Assembly (NCBI GenBank): GCA_017428635.1
Contig: JAFRQK010000035.1
Coordinates: 12,632-76,631 of the forward strand
DNA length: 64,000 nucleotides
Source of the DNA: Clostridia bacterium
GTDB taxonomy: Bacteria; Bacillota; Clostridia; Oscillospirales; CAG-272
Reading direction: 5' to 3'
The number at the start of each line of letters is the position of its first letter. The first letter of the stretch is position 1. Positions 20,739-30,573 of this stretch are shown piece by piece. The notes beneath the pieces were generated by a model. It saw nothing but the letters and a program-made list of their open reading frames with translations. It was not told where the DNA came from and made no database searches. Position numbers and translations under genes: made by a program.

Positions 20739-21608
20739 ATGGAAATAATCAGTCACCGTGAGTTTACGGAAGAACGCGCGCTTTTTCGCGCGGCTGACGT
20801 CTCGGTAGAGGACTGCGTGATAAAGACGGGCGAGTCGCCTCTCAAGCACTCCGTCGGCGTAACTCTTGAGCGCTCGACGATCGCGTCGAAATACCCGCTT
20901 TGGTATTCGGAGGGCGCCGCCGTCAGAAACAGCGTCTTCGAGCCGACCGCGCGCGCGGGGATCTGGTATTCGCGCGGCGTTAAGACGGAGGACACGAAGA
21001 TCCTCGCTCCGAAAACGTTCCGCAGATGCGACGGGATCGAACTTTACGGCGTTGAGATCCCGGACGCGCAGGAGACGCTCTGGTCGTGCTCGAACGTAAA
21101 AGCGCGGGATCTTTCGGCGGCGAACGCCGACTATCTTTTCATGAACTCGTCGGCGGTCTATATCGACGGGATGACGCTCGTCGGCAGATACGTATTCGAC
21201 GGCGCGTCGGACGTCGTCATCAGAAACGCGAAGATCGAAACGAAGGACGCCCTCTGGAACTCGAAAAACGTCACCGTGTACGATTCGGTGATATCGAGCG
21301 AGTATATCGGATGGAACTCCGAGAACGTGACGCTCGTCCGCTGTACCGTTGAAAGTCTGCAGGGGTTCTGCTACATAAAAAATCTGAAACTCGTCGACTG
21401 CCGCCTGCCGGGCACGACGCTCGCGTTCGAATATTCGACCGTGGACGCGGACGTGAAGGGCGGGATCGTGAGCGTTCTCGACCCCGCGGGCGGCGTGATA
21501 AAAGCGGATTCGATAGGAACTCTGACCGTTCGGGACCGATACGCGGACCCGGACGCGACGAAGATCGACGCCGCGGTCGAAAGAATGACCGAAGAACCCG
21601 AGTTCTGA
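20739..21608 (+). CDS. DUF3737 family beta-helix protein
   Basis: ERALF, GESPLK, KYPLW, APKTFR, TKDALW; usual partner of PatB. Confidence 0.88.
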   Translation: MEIISHREFTEERALFRAADVSVEDCVIKTGESPLKHSVGVTLERSTIASKYPLWYSEGAAVRNSVFEPTARAGIWYSRGVKTEDTKILAPKTFRRCDGIELYGVEIPDAQETLWSCSNVKARDLSAANADYLFMNSSAVYIDGMTLVGRYVFDGASDVVIRNAKIETKDALWNSKNVTVYDSVISSEYIGWNSENVTLVRCTVESLQGFCYIKNLKLVDCRLPGTTLAFEYSTVDADVKGGIVSVLDPAGGVIKADSIGTLTVRDRYADPDATKIDAAVERMTEEPEF

Positions 21609-21630
21609 TATTAAAAAAGGAGGAAACGGC

Positions 21631-22794
21631 ATGAGTTACGATTTTGATTCCGTGATCGAAAGAAGAGGTACCGACTCGGTCAAGTGGTCTGTCGGAGAAG
21701 GCGAACTCCCCATGTGGGTGGCCGATATGGATTTCAAAACGGCTCCCGAGATAACGGAGGCGATCCTCTACCGCGCCGAACACGGGGTCTACGGCTACAC
21801 CGAAGTCCCCGACATCTGGTACGAATCGTATATCGGATGGTGGTCGCGCCGCCACGACTTCACGATGAAAAAAGAGTGGCTCGTTTTTTGCACGGGCGTC
21901 GTCCCGGCGATCTCGTCGGCGATAAGAAAGCTGACGACTCCGGGCGAGAACGTGCTGATCCAGACGCCCGTTTACAACGTTTTCTTCAACTCGATCCTCA
22001 ACAACGGATGCCGCGTCGTCGAAAACCCGCTGATCTTTGAGGGCGGCGAGTACCGGATGGACTTCGACGATCTTGAAAAGAAACTCGCCGATCCGCAGAC
22101 TACGGTGATGCTCCTTTGCAACCCGCACAACCCGGTCGGCAAGATATGGGACAAAAAAACGCTCGCCGCGGTCGGCAAAATGGCGTCACGGTGCGGCGTC
22201 ACGGTGATCTCCGACGAGATCCACTGCGATCTGACGACGCCGGGGGTCGATTACGTTCCGTTCGCGTCCGTCTCCGACATCTGCCGCGAGACAAGCGTTA
22301 CCTGCATCGCGCCGACGAAGGCGTTCAACCTCGCGGGGCTCCAGACAGCGGCCGTGTCCGTTCCGGACGAACGGCTCCGCCACAAGGTGAAAAGAGCGCT
22401 CAACACCGACGAGGTAGCCGAGCCCGGCACGTTCGCCGTGACCGCGGCGGTCGCCGCTTTCGAGCGCGGAGAGGCGTGGCTCGACGAGCTGAGAGCGTAC
22501 CTGTACGAGAACAGACAGACGGCGGTGAACTTCATCCGCGAGCGGATCCCGACGCTCGCTCCCGTTGACGGGGACGCAACGTACCTGCTCTGGGTGAACG
22601 TCGCGGGCACGGGTCTGTCCGGCAAGCAGTTCGCAACGGGACTGCGGGAGCAGACCGGTCTGTTCGTAACGCCCGGCGCCGCGTACGGCGCGGTCGGCCG
22701 CGATTTCTTCCGGATCAATTTCGCTTGCCCGCGCTCCGTCCTTCAGGACGGCCTCGACCGGCTTGAGAGATATGCGAATTCGATAAAAGAATAA
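21631..22794 (+). CDS. MalY/PatB PLP-dependent C-S lyase (cystathionine beta-lyase)
   Basis: LPMWVADMDF, CNPHNPVG, SDEIH, PTKAFNLAGL. Confidence 0.93.
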   Translation: MSYDFDSVIERRGTDSVKWSVGEGELPMWVADMDFKTAPEITEAILYRAEHGVYGYTEVPDIWYESYIGWWSRRHDFTMKKEWLVFCTGVVPAISSAIRKLTTPGENVLIQTPVYNVFFNSILNNGCRVVENPLIFEGGEYRMDFDDLEKKLADPQTTVMLLCNPHNPVGKIWDKKTLAAVGKMASRCGVTVISDEIHCDLTTPGVDYVPFASVSDICRETSVTCIAPTKAFNLAGLQTAAVSVPDERLRHKVKRALNTDEVAEPGTFAVTAAVAAFERGEAWLDELRAYLYENRQTAVNFIRERIPTLAPVDGDATYLLWVNVAGTGLSGKQFATGLREQTGLFVTPGAAYGAVGRDFFRINFACPRSVLQDGLDRLERYANSIKE

Positions 22795-22817
22795 CGCGTC
22801 GAAGAGGCGCAATTAAC

Positions 22818-22846
22818 GACTCCCGTGACAAAACGTCACGGGAGTC
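22818..22846 (+). terminator. Hairpin terminator after the PatB gene
   Basis: GACTCCCGTGAC-aaaac-GTCACGGGAGTC perfect stem. Confidence 0.65.
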
Positions 22847-22863
22847 GGATTGATATAAGGTTC

Positions 22864-22966
22864 GGACGCCTGAGAGGCGTCCCTACGGACTTTATTCATA
22901 AACACGCATATTTTATGTTAAATGATCATCCTCATTCCCGACTGTAGGGAGGGCACTTTGCCCTCC
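22864..22966. repeat. Pair of GTAG-type REP-like palindromes
   Basis: GGACGCCT-gag-AGGCGTCC-CTAC and GTAG-GGAGGGCA-ctt-TGCCCTCC. Confidence 0.65.
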
Positions 22967-23015
22967 GCACCTTAGATTATGCTTGCACCGCAAGCAGATG
23001 CGCCGTAAGGCGCAT

Positions 23016-24116
23016 TTATTTTAGAATCTCGAGTATCTCCTGAAACTCCGGCTTCGCTTTGAATTCCTCTGACAGCGGATAGTGTTTTGTCATCAATTCA
23101 TACATCCGTTTGCTCAAACTCAAATCGCGAAAACGTTCCTCGCGCTCATATAACAGAGCGAGTCTTTCCGCCTCGGGAAGGGTGTCAAACAGCACCGCCT
23201 GTTCGGCGGCGAGACGAAGATAATGAAACGCCTCTTCGATATCTCCGATCTCCGCGTACAGATGACCCAAATGACCGTAATTATAAATCAGATGAATTCT
23301 GTTTTTAGACGGATGGGTTTCGGAATCGGTCATCCGGAAGATACCGTTCAGATGTTTAATGACTTCGATCTTATACTCGGGGATAAAGGCCATATCATAA
23401 TAACAATAACTGATAATCGTATTCTGCAGAAGGTATGACAGTTCTTCAATGGCGCGCTGTCTGTTTTCGTACCACTTTTGAAAGTCGTGGTTTTTCGGGT
23501 CAAAGTCAAGATCGGGAAGAACGGATTCTTTAGAATCGCTCATTGACGGTAAGCTGTCAGCGATGGTTTTTGCCTGTTGCAAGTATTCTTTATCGAATCC
23601 ATAACACTGATATTTATGCATAAGGTGTTCGATCATCAAACGTTTTGAGCGGATCCGTATCGCGTCGTCAGTGCAGTATTTTTGGATTTTCTCGTAAAAG
23701 GCGGCCATTTGATTTGAGATTTGTTCGTGATCCTGTTTTGTTTCGCCGCCTTTTACAATTTGCAGCAGTTCCATATACCTAACGAGGATAGGGTACTCGT
23801 TCGGAAACTCATTTACGGCTTTTTTGTATTCGGTCATGACAGAGAGAGCATCTTTTAATTTCATATTGTCAAACAGATCAAGATACTTTTTTACTCTTTG
23901 TTCAATACGGACTCTGTCTGTCCCGAGCAAAACGTCGACGGTGACGCCGAAGAAAGAAGATATTACCGGAAGCATCGTAATATCCGGATAACTTTCTCCC
24001 CGTTCCCATTTGCTGACCGTCTGAAACGAAATGCCGAGTTCGTCGGCGAGCGCTTCCTGCGTCAGGTCTTTTTCTTTTCTCAAGTGTTTAACGTTTTCGC
24101 TGAAGCAGATATTCAT
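23016..24116 (-). CDS. XRE-family HTH regulator with helical/TPR-like C-terminus
   Basis: LTQEALADELGISFQTVSKWERGESYPDI; AT-richer than its flanks. Confidence 0.85.
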   Translation of the reverse strand: MNICFSENVKHLRKEKDLTQEALADELGISFQTVSKWERGESYPDITMLPVISSFFGVTVDVLLGTDRVRIEQRVKKYLDLFDNMKLKDALSVMTEYKKAVNEFPNEYPILVRYMELLQIVKGGETKQDHEQISNQMAAFYEKIQKYCTDDAIRIRSKRLMIEHLMHKYQCYGFDKEYLQQAKTIADSLPSMSDSKESVLPDLDFDPKNHDFQKWYENRQRAIEELSYLLQNTIISYCYYDMAFIPEYKIEVIKHLNGIFRMTDSETHPSKNRIHLIYNYGHLGHLYAEIGDIEEAFHYLRLAAEQAVLFDTLPEAERLALLYEREERFRDLSLSKRMYELMTKHYPLSEEFKAKPEFQEILEILK

Positions 24117-24302
24117 TTGTTTTTCTCCGATCCGATCAAGTATTCGGCGATATCGTCTGATCAAATCATACATCAATACCCGATTCAATTCAATAACATT
24201 TTTGTTGAATTGATTCTACGGACAGGAGAATTATTCACCAGATACAAGAATTCAATTTAAAAACCATATGTTTTTTTATTTAGAATTTGGGAGATTGTTG
24301 AA

Positions 24303-24424
24303 TGAATTGATTTCCGCATCGTTGTGCGGAAATCATGAATTGCGCCCGGCGGGCGCATGAATTGAGCCCCGCGCCTTTCGGGCCGCGGGGCTCGTGAATT
24401 GATTTTGCGCATGCGCAAAATCAT
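24303..24424. repeat. Array of four different hairpins, each preceded by TGAATTG
   Basis: Read directly from the sequence; see findings. Confidence 0.8.
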
Positions 24425-25404
24425 TACATATCTTTCGTAACTTCCCCCGCGAGGGAGGAATTGTCGACGCCCCAGATCGCGAGGCGGGAGGTTTTGATCC
24501 TTTCGGCGACGGAGTTTTTTTCAAACGGAGTGCCGACGAGGTCGGAAAGCGCGTCGGTGCCGCCCCCCGAGAAGAAATCTCCCTGTGCGGCGACGTCTTT
24601 TATAATTCCGTTTTTGACGGAAAACAGAAGTTTCACCGTCCCGCCGGGAAACCGGCAGGCTTTTTCGACGTCGAACGCCGGGGAGTGCATAAAGACCGAG
24701 TCTCGCCCGCGGAAGTGCTCGTCGGCGAGCTTTTCGATCCGCTTGCGGTCTTCGTCCGTCAGCCCGTATTTCTCCATGCTGCCCGTGATTTCGGCGATCC
24801 GGTCGACGAGTTCTTCGGCGAAACGCTCCGACGTCATATCGAGCCCCGCCGTCGCCTTTATGTTCGTAACGCGGTCGCGGACCGATTTGATGCTTTTCGA
24901 CGTTATCTTGTACTCCGGCGGCCGCGACGCCCGTTCCATCATACAGAGGTCGGTGTCGAAGAGAAGGGAACCGTGGTGGACCGTTTTCCCGCCGAGTTTG
25001 AACTGCGCGTTGCCGGAGATCTTTTTGCCGTCCAGGAGCATGTCGTTCCGACCGCTGATCACGGCGGGCACGCCCATTTTGTTCAGCGCTTCGGCGACCG
25101 GTCTCATATATTCAGAGAAATCGATGAGGTCGCCGCCATTTTCGATAAAGGTGTACTGGAAGCCGCCCTCGTCGGTATATATCGTCCCGCCGCCCGAGAG
25201 GCGGCGCGTTATTTTTATTCCCGCCTCTCTTGCAAAGGCGAGATCGACTTCCTCGAAAACGTTCTGATACTTGCCGATCATCAGCGTCGGCGTCGTCGAC
25301 CAGAGCATGAAAACGGGCGCCCCAAGATCCCGCTCCGCTGCAAAGTAGTATTCCGCGCCGAAATTGAAGGCGGCGTCCCGCGAGCCGGTGTCAACGAAGA
25401 TCAT
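24424..25404 (-). CDS. lplA: Lipoate-protein ligase family protein
   Basis: GKYQN, RRLSGGGTIY, GRND, KISGNAQ, HHGSLL, SVRDRVTNI. Confidence 0.9.
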   Translation of the reverse strand: MIFVDTGSRDAAFNFGAEYYFAAERDLGAPVFMLWSTTPTLMIGKYQNVFEEVDLAFAREAGIKITRRLSGGGTIYTDEGGFQYTFIENGGDLIDFSEYMRPVAEALNKMGVPAVISGRNDMLLDGKKISGNAQFKLGGKTVHHGSLLFDTDLCMMERASRPPEYKITSKSIKSVRDRVTNIKATAGLDMTSERFAEELVDRIAEITGSMEKYGLTDEDRKRIEKLADEHFRGRDSVFMHSPAFDVEKACRFPGGTVKLLFSVKNGIIKDVAAQGDFFSGGGTDALSDLVGTPFEKNSVAERIKTSRLAIWGVDNSSLAGEVTKDM

Positions 25405-26279
25405 AACGTTTCATTCCTTTTTTGCACCGCTTCCCTCAGCATATCGCCCGCCATATACGACGAGCGCGCGAGCGGGTGAGCCGTCACCGAGAGGAATCCG
25501 AGCGAGAGGGCGCAGTCTTTGTATTCTTCGAACTTCTCCGGCGTCACGTATTCTGCGACGGGAAGGTGCTCCGCCGTCGGCGCGAGATACTGTCCGAGGG
25601 TGAGCAGGTCGCATCCTGTCGCTCTGACGTCGCGGATCAGTTCTTTAACTTCTTCTTCCGTCTCGCCGAGACCGACCATGAACGCGGTTTTTACAAAGCT
25701 GCCCCTCGAGTGTTCTTTCAGATATTTTAAAACGGCGAGCGATCTTTCGTATACCGCCTGCGGTCTTGCGGCGGGGTAAAGCCTTCTCACGGTCTCCACG
25801 TTGTGGCCGATGACCTCGGGGTTCGCGGCGATCACGGTATCGAGCGCTTTTTCGTCCCCCTTGAGGTCGGGTATCAGCACTTCGACCGTCGCGCCGGTCG
25901 TCTCTTTTATAGCGCGGACGCAGTCGGCGAAGACGGACGCTCCGCCGCCCTGCAGGTCGTCCCTCGTCACGCTCGTCACGACGGCGTGGGAGAGGCCGAG
26001 CGTCTTCACCGCCTCAGACAGGCGGCGCGGCTCGTCGGGATCTGGCGGCGCGGGAACTCCCGGATCGACTTCGCAGAAACGGCAGTTGCGCGTGCAGCGC
26101 TTGCCGAGGATCATAAAGGTCGCGCTGCCGCATTTGCTGCATTTTCCGATGTTCGGGCAGCCGCTCTCGCGGCATACCGTATTGAGCTCGAGCCGGTCGG
26201 CGAGATCGTAAACCGACCGCACCTCGCTCATGTTATAACTGACTCTGAGCCAGTCAGGTTTTTTTGTCAAATCTTTCAT
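25401..26279 (-). CDS. lipA: Lipoyl synthase
   Basis: KPDWL, CX4CX5C (CRESGCPNIGKC), CX3CX2C (CTRNCRFC), RSSY. Confidence 0.96.
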   Translation of the reverse strand: MKDLTKKPDWLRVSYNMSEVRSVYDLADRLELNTVCRESGCPNIGKCSKCGSATFMILGKRCTRNCRFCEVDPGVPAPPDPDEPRRLSEAVKTLGLSHAVVTSVTRDDLQGGGASVFADCVRAIKETTGATVEVLIPDLKGDEKALDTVIAANPEVIGHNVETVRRLYPAARPQAVYERSLAVLKYLKEHSRGSFVKTAFMVGLGETEEEVKELIRDVRATGCDLLTLGQYLAPTAEHLPVAEYVTPEKFEEYKDCALSLGFLSVTAHPLARSSYMAGDMLREAVQKRNETL

Positions 26280-26518
26280 TCGGCGGTCTCCGCTTCGAAA
26301 AGAGGCGCGCCGACGGCGACCTCGTCGCCCTCGTCGGCGAGCAGACGCAGGACGGTCAGGTCCTGTTCCGCCTCGACCGCGCTGACCGCCTTTTCCGTCT
26401 CGGTCTCGAACAGCTCGAAGCCCTTTTTGACCTGTTGCCCCTCTTCCACGTTCCAGCGGCAGAGGACGGCGGAGGTCATTCCTTTTTTGAGTTCAGGCAT
26501 CGTGACCGTAATCTTCAT
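26276..26518 (-). CDS. Stand-alone lipoyl-domain protein
   Basis: 80 aa, E2-type lipoyl fold signature with ETEKAV acceptor lysine. Confidence 0.88.
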   Translation of the reverse strand: MKITVTMPELKKGMTSAVLCRWNVEEGQQVKKGFELFETETEKAVSAVEAEQDLTVLRLLADEGDEVAVGAPLFEAETAE

Positions 26519-26548
26519 ATATAACTCCTTGATAGACAGTTGTCAAAT

Positions 26549-27499
26549 TTATGTTTTCCCCGTGAGGATGAATCTCTCGAGAAGAACGGCGTCGGGCTCC
26601 GCGACGCCCGCTTCCGTCAGCGCGCGGTGGGTCGCTCCGGGCGCGAGCGGCGCTCCGGCGAGTTTGTTTATCTGTTCGGCGAACGCGCCTTCGGCGCGGA
26701 CCGCGATGATCGCGCCTTTTCCCGACTCGTAAGAGAGAGTCAGCGACCCGCGCGCCGTTTCGCACTTTCCCGAAAAAGCGAATTTCGGGTTCTCGCCGTA
26801 CGTCCGGCCGTCGGATGCGTACTTTCCGGCGAGATCCGAGACGGCGAAGAGATCGAAGCCGTCCTCCGTCTGCCATCCGTACGCCCCGCCGAGCGCGGCT
26901 TTGACCGCCCCGACGAACTCATCCGTCGAAGTACCCGGCAGGAAAGCGGAAATATTCGCGACGGGTGATTTCCGGCTTGCGATCCCGCCTGAGACGAACG
27001 CGTCGCCCGAAACCGACGAGGTCAGCGAGCGAAGAGCGTCGAGATCCGTGTCGAACAGAAGAGTCGCGTGGTGGATCTCCCGGTCTCCTACCGCGGCTCT
27101 CGCGCTTCCGGAGATCTTATACCCTCCCGCCGTGACGTCCGAGCCGCCGCCGACTTCCGCCGGGATCCCGATCCTGCCGAGAGCCGCCGCGAGTTTTTCG
27201 GGCAGAAGAAGCGTGTCGATCCCGTCGGGCCCTTTGCGGGTGATATACGATACGTTTACGTTTCCTTCATCGTGGTATACCGTCCCGCCCCCGGTGATCC
27301 GGCGCAGGACGGGGACGCCGCGCTCGCGCGCCGCGATAACGTCCGTCTCGCGGAAAACGTTCTGAAATCTCCCGCAGACGACCGCAGGAGAATCGCGCCA
27401 GACGATGAGGACTTCGTCGCTTCCCGTATTGCGGACCATGTATTCTTCAAACGCGAGGTTGAACGCGGGATCGCGCCGCGTCGATTCGATCTTTTTCAT
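26549..27499 (-). CDS. Second lipoate-protein ligase family protein
   Basis: NLAFEEY, GRFQN, RRITGGGTVYHD, KISGSA, HHATLL. Confidence 0.88.
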   Translation of the reverse strand: MKKIESTRRDPAFNLAFEEYMVRNTGSDEVLIVWRDSPAVVCGRFQNVFRETDVIAARERGVPVLRRITGGGTVYHDEGNVNVSYITRKGPDGIDTLLLPEKLAAALGRIGIPAEVGGGSDVTAGGYKISGSARAAVGDREIHHATLLFDTDLDALRSLTSSVSGDAFVSGGIASRKSPVANISAFLPGTSTDEFVGAVKAALGGAYGWQTEDGFDLFAVSDLAGKYASDGRTYGENPKFAFSGKCETARGSLTLSYESGKGAIIAVRAEGAFAEQINKLAGAPLAPGATHRALTEAGVAEPDAVLLERFILTGKT

Positions 27500-27500
27500 A

Positions 27501-28643
27501 CTAATCCGGATTCCTCTCGGCGACGAGATCGTGATACTCGTTGTAGAACGACTCGAAACGGTCCTCGTCCATCGCCTCTCTTATCGAGCGGGTGAATTCG
27601 TTGTAGAAGTGGATGCTGTGCGTGACGGCGAGGCGCATCCCGAGCGCCTCTTTCGCCTTGATGAGGTGGCGGATATACGCCCTGCTGTGGTTGCGGCACG
27701 CCTCGCACGTGCAGTTTCCGTCTATCGGTCTGTCGTCGCGCGCGTATTTCTCGTTCAGAAGATTCATTTTTCCGTTCCACGTGAACACGTTTCCGTGGCG
27801 CGCGTTGCGCGACGGCATCACGCAGTCGAAAAAGTCGATCCCGCGGTGGACCGCCTCGATGATGTTCTGCGGCGTTCCGACGCCCATCAGGTATCTAGGT
27901 TTGTCCTCGGGCATATAGGGCTCGACCTGCTCGATCGTTTCGTACATCTCCTCGACCGTCTCGCCGACAGCGAGACCGCCGATCGCGTATCCCTCGCACG
28001 GGATCTCGCGGATGCGCTTCATGTGCTCGATCCGCAGGTCCGCGTACGTGCTGCCCTGATTGATCCCGAAGAGGAACTGCTCGGGGTTGACCGCTCCTTC
28101 CTCGGCTTTCAGCCGGTCGAGTTCGGCGCGGCATCTTTGCAGCCACCGCGCGGTGCGCTCGCACGATCTTTTCGTGTAATTGTATTCGGCGGGATTCTCG
28201 ATGCACTCGTCGAACGCCATCGCGATCGTCGAACCGAGATTCGACTGTATCCGCATGCTCTCCTCGGGACCCATGAAGATCCGCTTGCCGTCGATGTGGG
28301 AGGCGAAATAGACGCCTTCCTCCTTGATCCGGCGGAGTTTAGCGAGAGAGAAGACCTGGAACCCGCCGCTGTCTGTGAGGACGGGGCCGTCCCATCCGGT
28401 GAATTTGCGGATACCGCCCATGTCGCGGACGAGCTCGTCGCCCGGGCGAAGGTGCAGGTGGTAAGTGTTAGAGAGCATCACGCGGCAGTCGTTTGCTTTG
28501 AGATCGTACGCCGAAAGGCCGCCTTTGATCGCGCCGCACGTTGCGACGTTCATAAAGACGGGCGTTTCGATTTCGCCGTGCGGGGTTTTCAGCACCCCGC
28601 GCCGCGCTCTTGATTTTTTTTCTTTTTTCTTCAGAATGAACAT
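27501..28643 (-). CDS. tgt: tRNA-guanine transglycosylase
   Basis: TPVFM, NTYHL, TDSGGFQVFSL, YLMGVG, CTCEAC. Confidence 0.97.
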   Translation of the reverse strand: MFILKKKEKKSRARRGVLKTPHGEIETPVFMNVATCGAIKGGLSAYDLKANDCRVMLSNTYHLHLRPGDELVRDMGGIRKFTGWDGPVLTDSGGFQVFSLAKLRRIKEEGVYFASHIDGKRIFMGPEESMRIQSNLGSTIAMAFDECIENPAEYNYTKRSCERTARWLQRCRAELDRLKAEEGAVNPEQFLFGINQGSTYADLRIEHMKRIREIPCEGYAIGGLAVGETVEEMYETIEQVEPYMPEDKPRYLMGVGTPQNIIEAVHRGIDFFDCVMPSRNARHGNVFTWNGKMNLLNEKYARDDRPIDGNCTCEACRNHSRAYIRHLIKAKEALGMRLAVTHSIHFYNEFTRSIREAMDEDRFESFYNEYHDLVAERNPD

Positions 28644-28651
28644 GGCCCTAC

Positions 28652-30541
28652 CTACTCAAGTCTGCCGAACTGGCGGTCTATCGAAGAGCGTTTGATCTCA
28701 AACGCCACCGGTCTGCCGTGCGGGCAGGTGCGTATCACGGAGCCGCCCGGGTTCTTGACGAACAGCCGGTCGCAGATCCATTTTATATGCTCGACGCCGT
28801 ACCTTCTGCCGCCCTTTATCGCCGCCTTGCATGCGGACTGGAAGAGGCGCGACTCGAAGAACTCGGCGTATGCGGAGTCGATCGACGTCGTCGTGTCGGA
28901 GAGTTTTGAGAGGAGCGTCGAGAACAGCTCCCGCGCCTCGGCGGAGTCAAGCTGTTCGGGGATCGCCGTGACCGAGACGACGGTGCGGTTGCCCTCGTCC
29001 GACGCCTTGAACTCGAATCCGAGCGAACGGACGTCGTCCGAATAGTCGCGGAGCGTCTCGCCCTCCCACGCGGGTACGTCGAGGACGATCGGCGTCATGA
29101 GCAGCTGCGCGTTCTTCTCCGCGCTCCTCGCGTTGCGGCACAGCTCGTCGAAGATTATCCGCTCGTGGGCGGCGTGCTTGTCGACGAACGTGATCCTGTC
29201 CTCGAACTGGACGATGACGTAGCAGTTGTACGCCTCGCCGAGGATGATATATTCGGGCGGGTCGATCGGACCCGGGTCCGTGATCGCCGAGCGCTTTTCG
29301 CCGCCGTCGTCGGACGGAGCGGGCGTCGGCGTCGCTTTTTTCTCCGGCGGCGGGCTGTCGTATATTTTTACCTGCTCCGCCTTCGGTCTTTTCGTATCGG
29401 CGGGAACGAACGCGTTGAGAAGGCGCCGCGCCTCCTCGCCGTCGATCCAGAAATCTTCTTTGTTATGCGGCTTCGGCGCGACCGCCTCGGCGGGACTTCC
29501 CTCGCAGGGGATATCGGCGCCGGTCCCCTGAAATCTGAGTTCGGGACGTACCGTCTCGGACTGCAGCGCGCTCAGCACGGCGTAGTAGACCGAGTCGAAA
29601 ATGACCTTTTCGTCGGAGAATTTGACCTCGAGTTTCGCCGGGTGGACGTTAACGTCGACGGCGGCGAGATTGAGATCCACGTTGAGAACGCAGACGGGGA
29701 ACTTCTCCGCGGGGATCCGCGAACGGTACGCCTGCTCGACCGCCGCCATTATCGTGCGGCTTTTGACCAGACGGCCGTTGACGAAGAAGACCTCCATATT
29801 TCTGTTCGATTTGTACAGGTCGGGCTCGGAGATGAAACCGGTGACGGTCACTCCGCCGTCCGTGCGGTCGACTCTAATCGAGCGGTTCGCGCATTCCCTG
29901 CCGAAGACGGAATAGACCGCCTCCTTGAGGTCGCCGCTTCCCGTGGTCACGAATTTCACTTCGCCGTCGGAGATGTATTTGATCTCGACGTCGGGGCGCG
30001 AGAGAGCGATCCTCTCGACGACGGCGCTGACCGCCGCCGCTTCGGTCGCGTCTCTTTTCAGGAATTTGCGCCGCGCGGGGACGGAGTAGAAAAGGTCCTC
30101 GACGACGACGGTCGTTCCCGTCGCGCATCCCACCTCGCTGAGGGAGGTGACGCGGCCCGCTTCGCATTCGAGAAGAGTGCCCATTTCGTTCGCGGCGGGT
30201 TTCGAGAAGATCCTCATCTTCGACACGGACGCTATCGCCGCGAGCGCCTCGCCGCGGAAGCCGAGCGTGCCGATCTCGGACAGATCCCTCGCCGTTTTGA
30301 TCTTGCTCGTCGCGTGGCGCAGGATCGCCACGGGGAGATCGTCGGGCTCCATTCCGCATCCGTTGTCGGTGACGCGTATCAGAGCGACTCCTCCGCTTTG
30401 TATCTCCGCGGTGACGGAGGTCGCCCCCGCGTCGATCGAGTTTTCGAGCAGTTCCTTGACGACGGACGCCGGTCTGTCGACGACCTCGCCCGCGGCTATG
30501 AGGTTGGCTACGTCAAAGCCGAGTACGTTTATCTTTCCCAC
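28652..30541 (-). CDS. mutL: DNA mismatch repair endonuclease MutL
   Basis: AAGEVV, KELLENSIDAG, GFRGEAL, DKHAAHER, CPHGRP. Confidence 0.97.
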   Translation of the reverse strand: MGKINVLGFDVANLIAAGEVVDRPASVVKELLENSIDAGATSVTAEIQSGGVALIRVTDNGCGMEPDDLPVAILRHATSKIKTARDLSEIGTLGFRGEALAAIASVSKMRIFSKPAANEMGTLLECEAGRVTSLSEVGCATGTTVVVEDLFYSVPARRKFLKRDATEAAAVSAVVERIALSRPDVEIKYISDGEVKFVTTGSGDLKEAVYSVFGRECANRSIRVDRTDGGVTVTGFISEPDLYKSNRNMEVFFVNGRLVKSRTIMAAVEQAYRSRIPAEKFPVCVLNVDLNLAAVDVNVHPAKLEVKFSDEKVIFDSVYYAVLSALQSETVRPELRFQGTGADIPCEGSPAEAVAPKPHNKEDFWIDGEEARRLLNAFVPADTKRPKAEQVKIYDSPPPEKKATPTPAPSDDGGEKRSAITDPGPIDPPEYIILGEAYNCYVIVQFEDRITFVDKHAAHERIIFDELCRNARSAEKNAQLLMTPIVLDVPAWEGETLRDYSDDVRSLGFEFKASDEGNRTVVSVTAIPEQLDSAEARELFSTLLSKLSDTTTSIDSAYAEFFESRLFQSACKAAIKGGRRYGVEHIKWICDRLFVKNPGGSVIRTCPHGRPVAFEIKRSSIDRQFGRLE

Positions 30542-30573
30542 GGTGAGACCTCCTTTCGTTAATTGTCAAGTGG

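Noticed and set aside
24303-24424. Possible CRISPR array
   Set aside because: The constant unit is only 6-7 nt, the variable parts are the palindromes, and no cas genes are present
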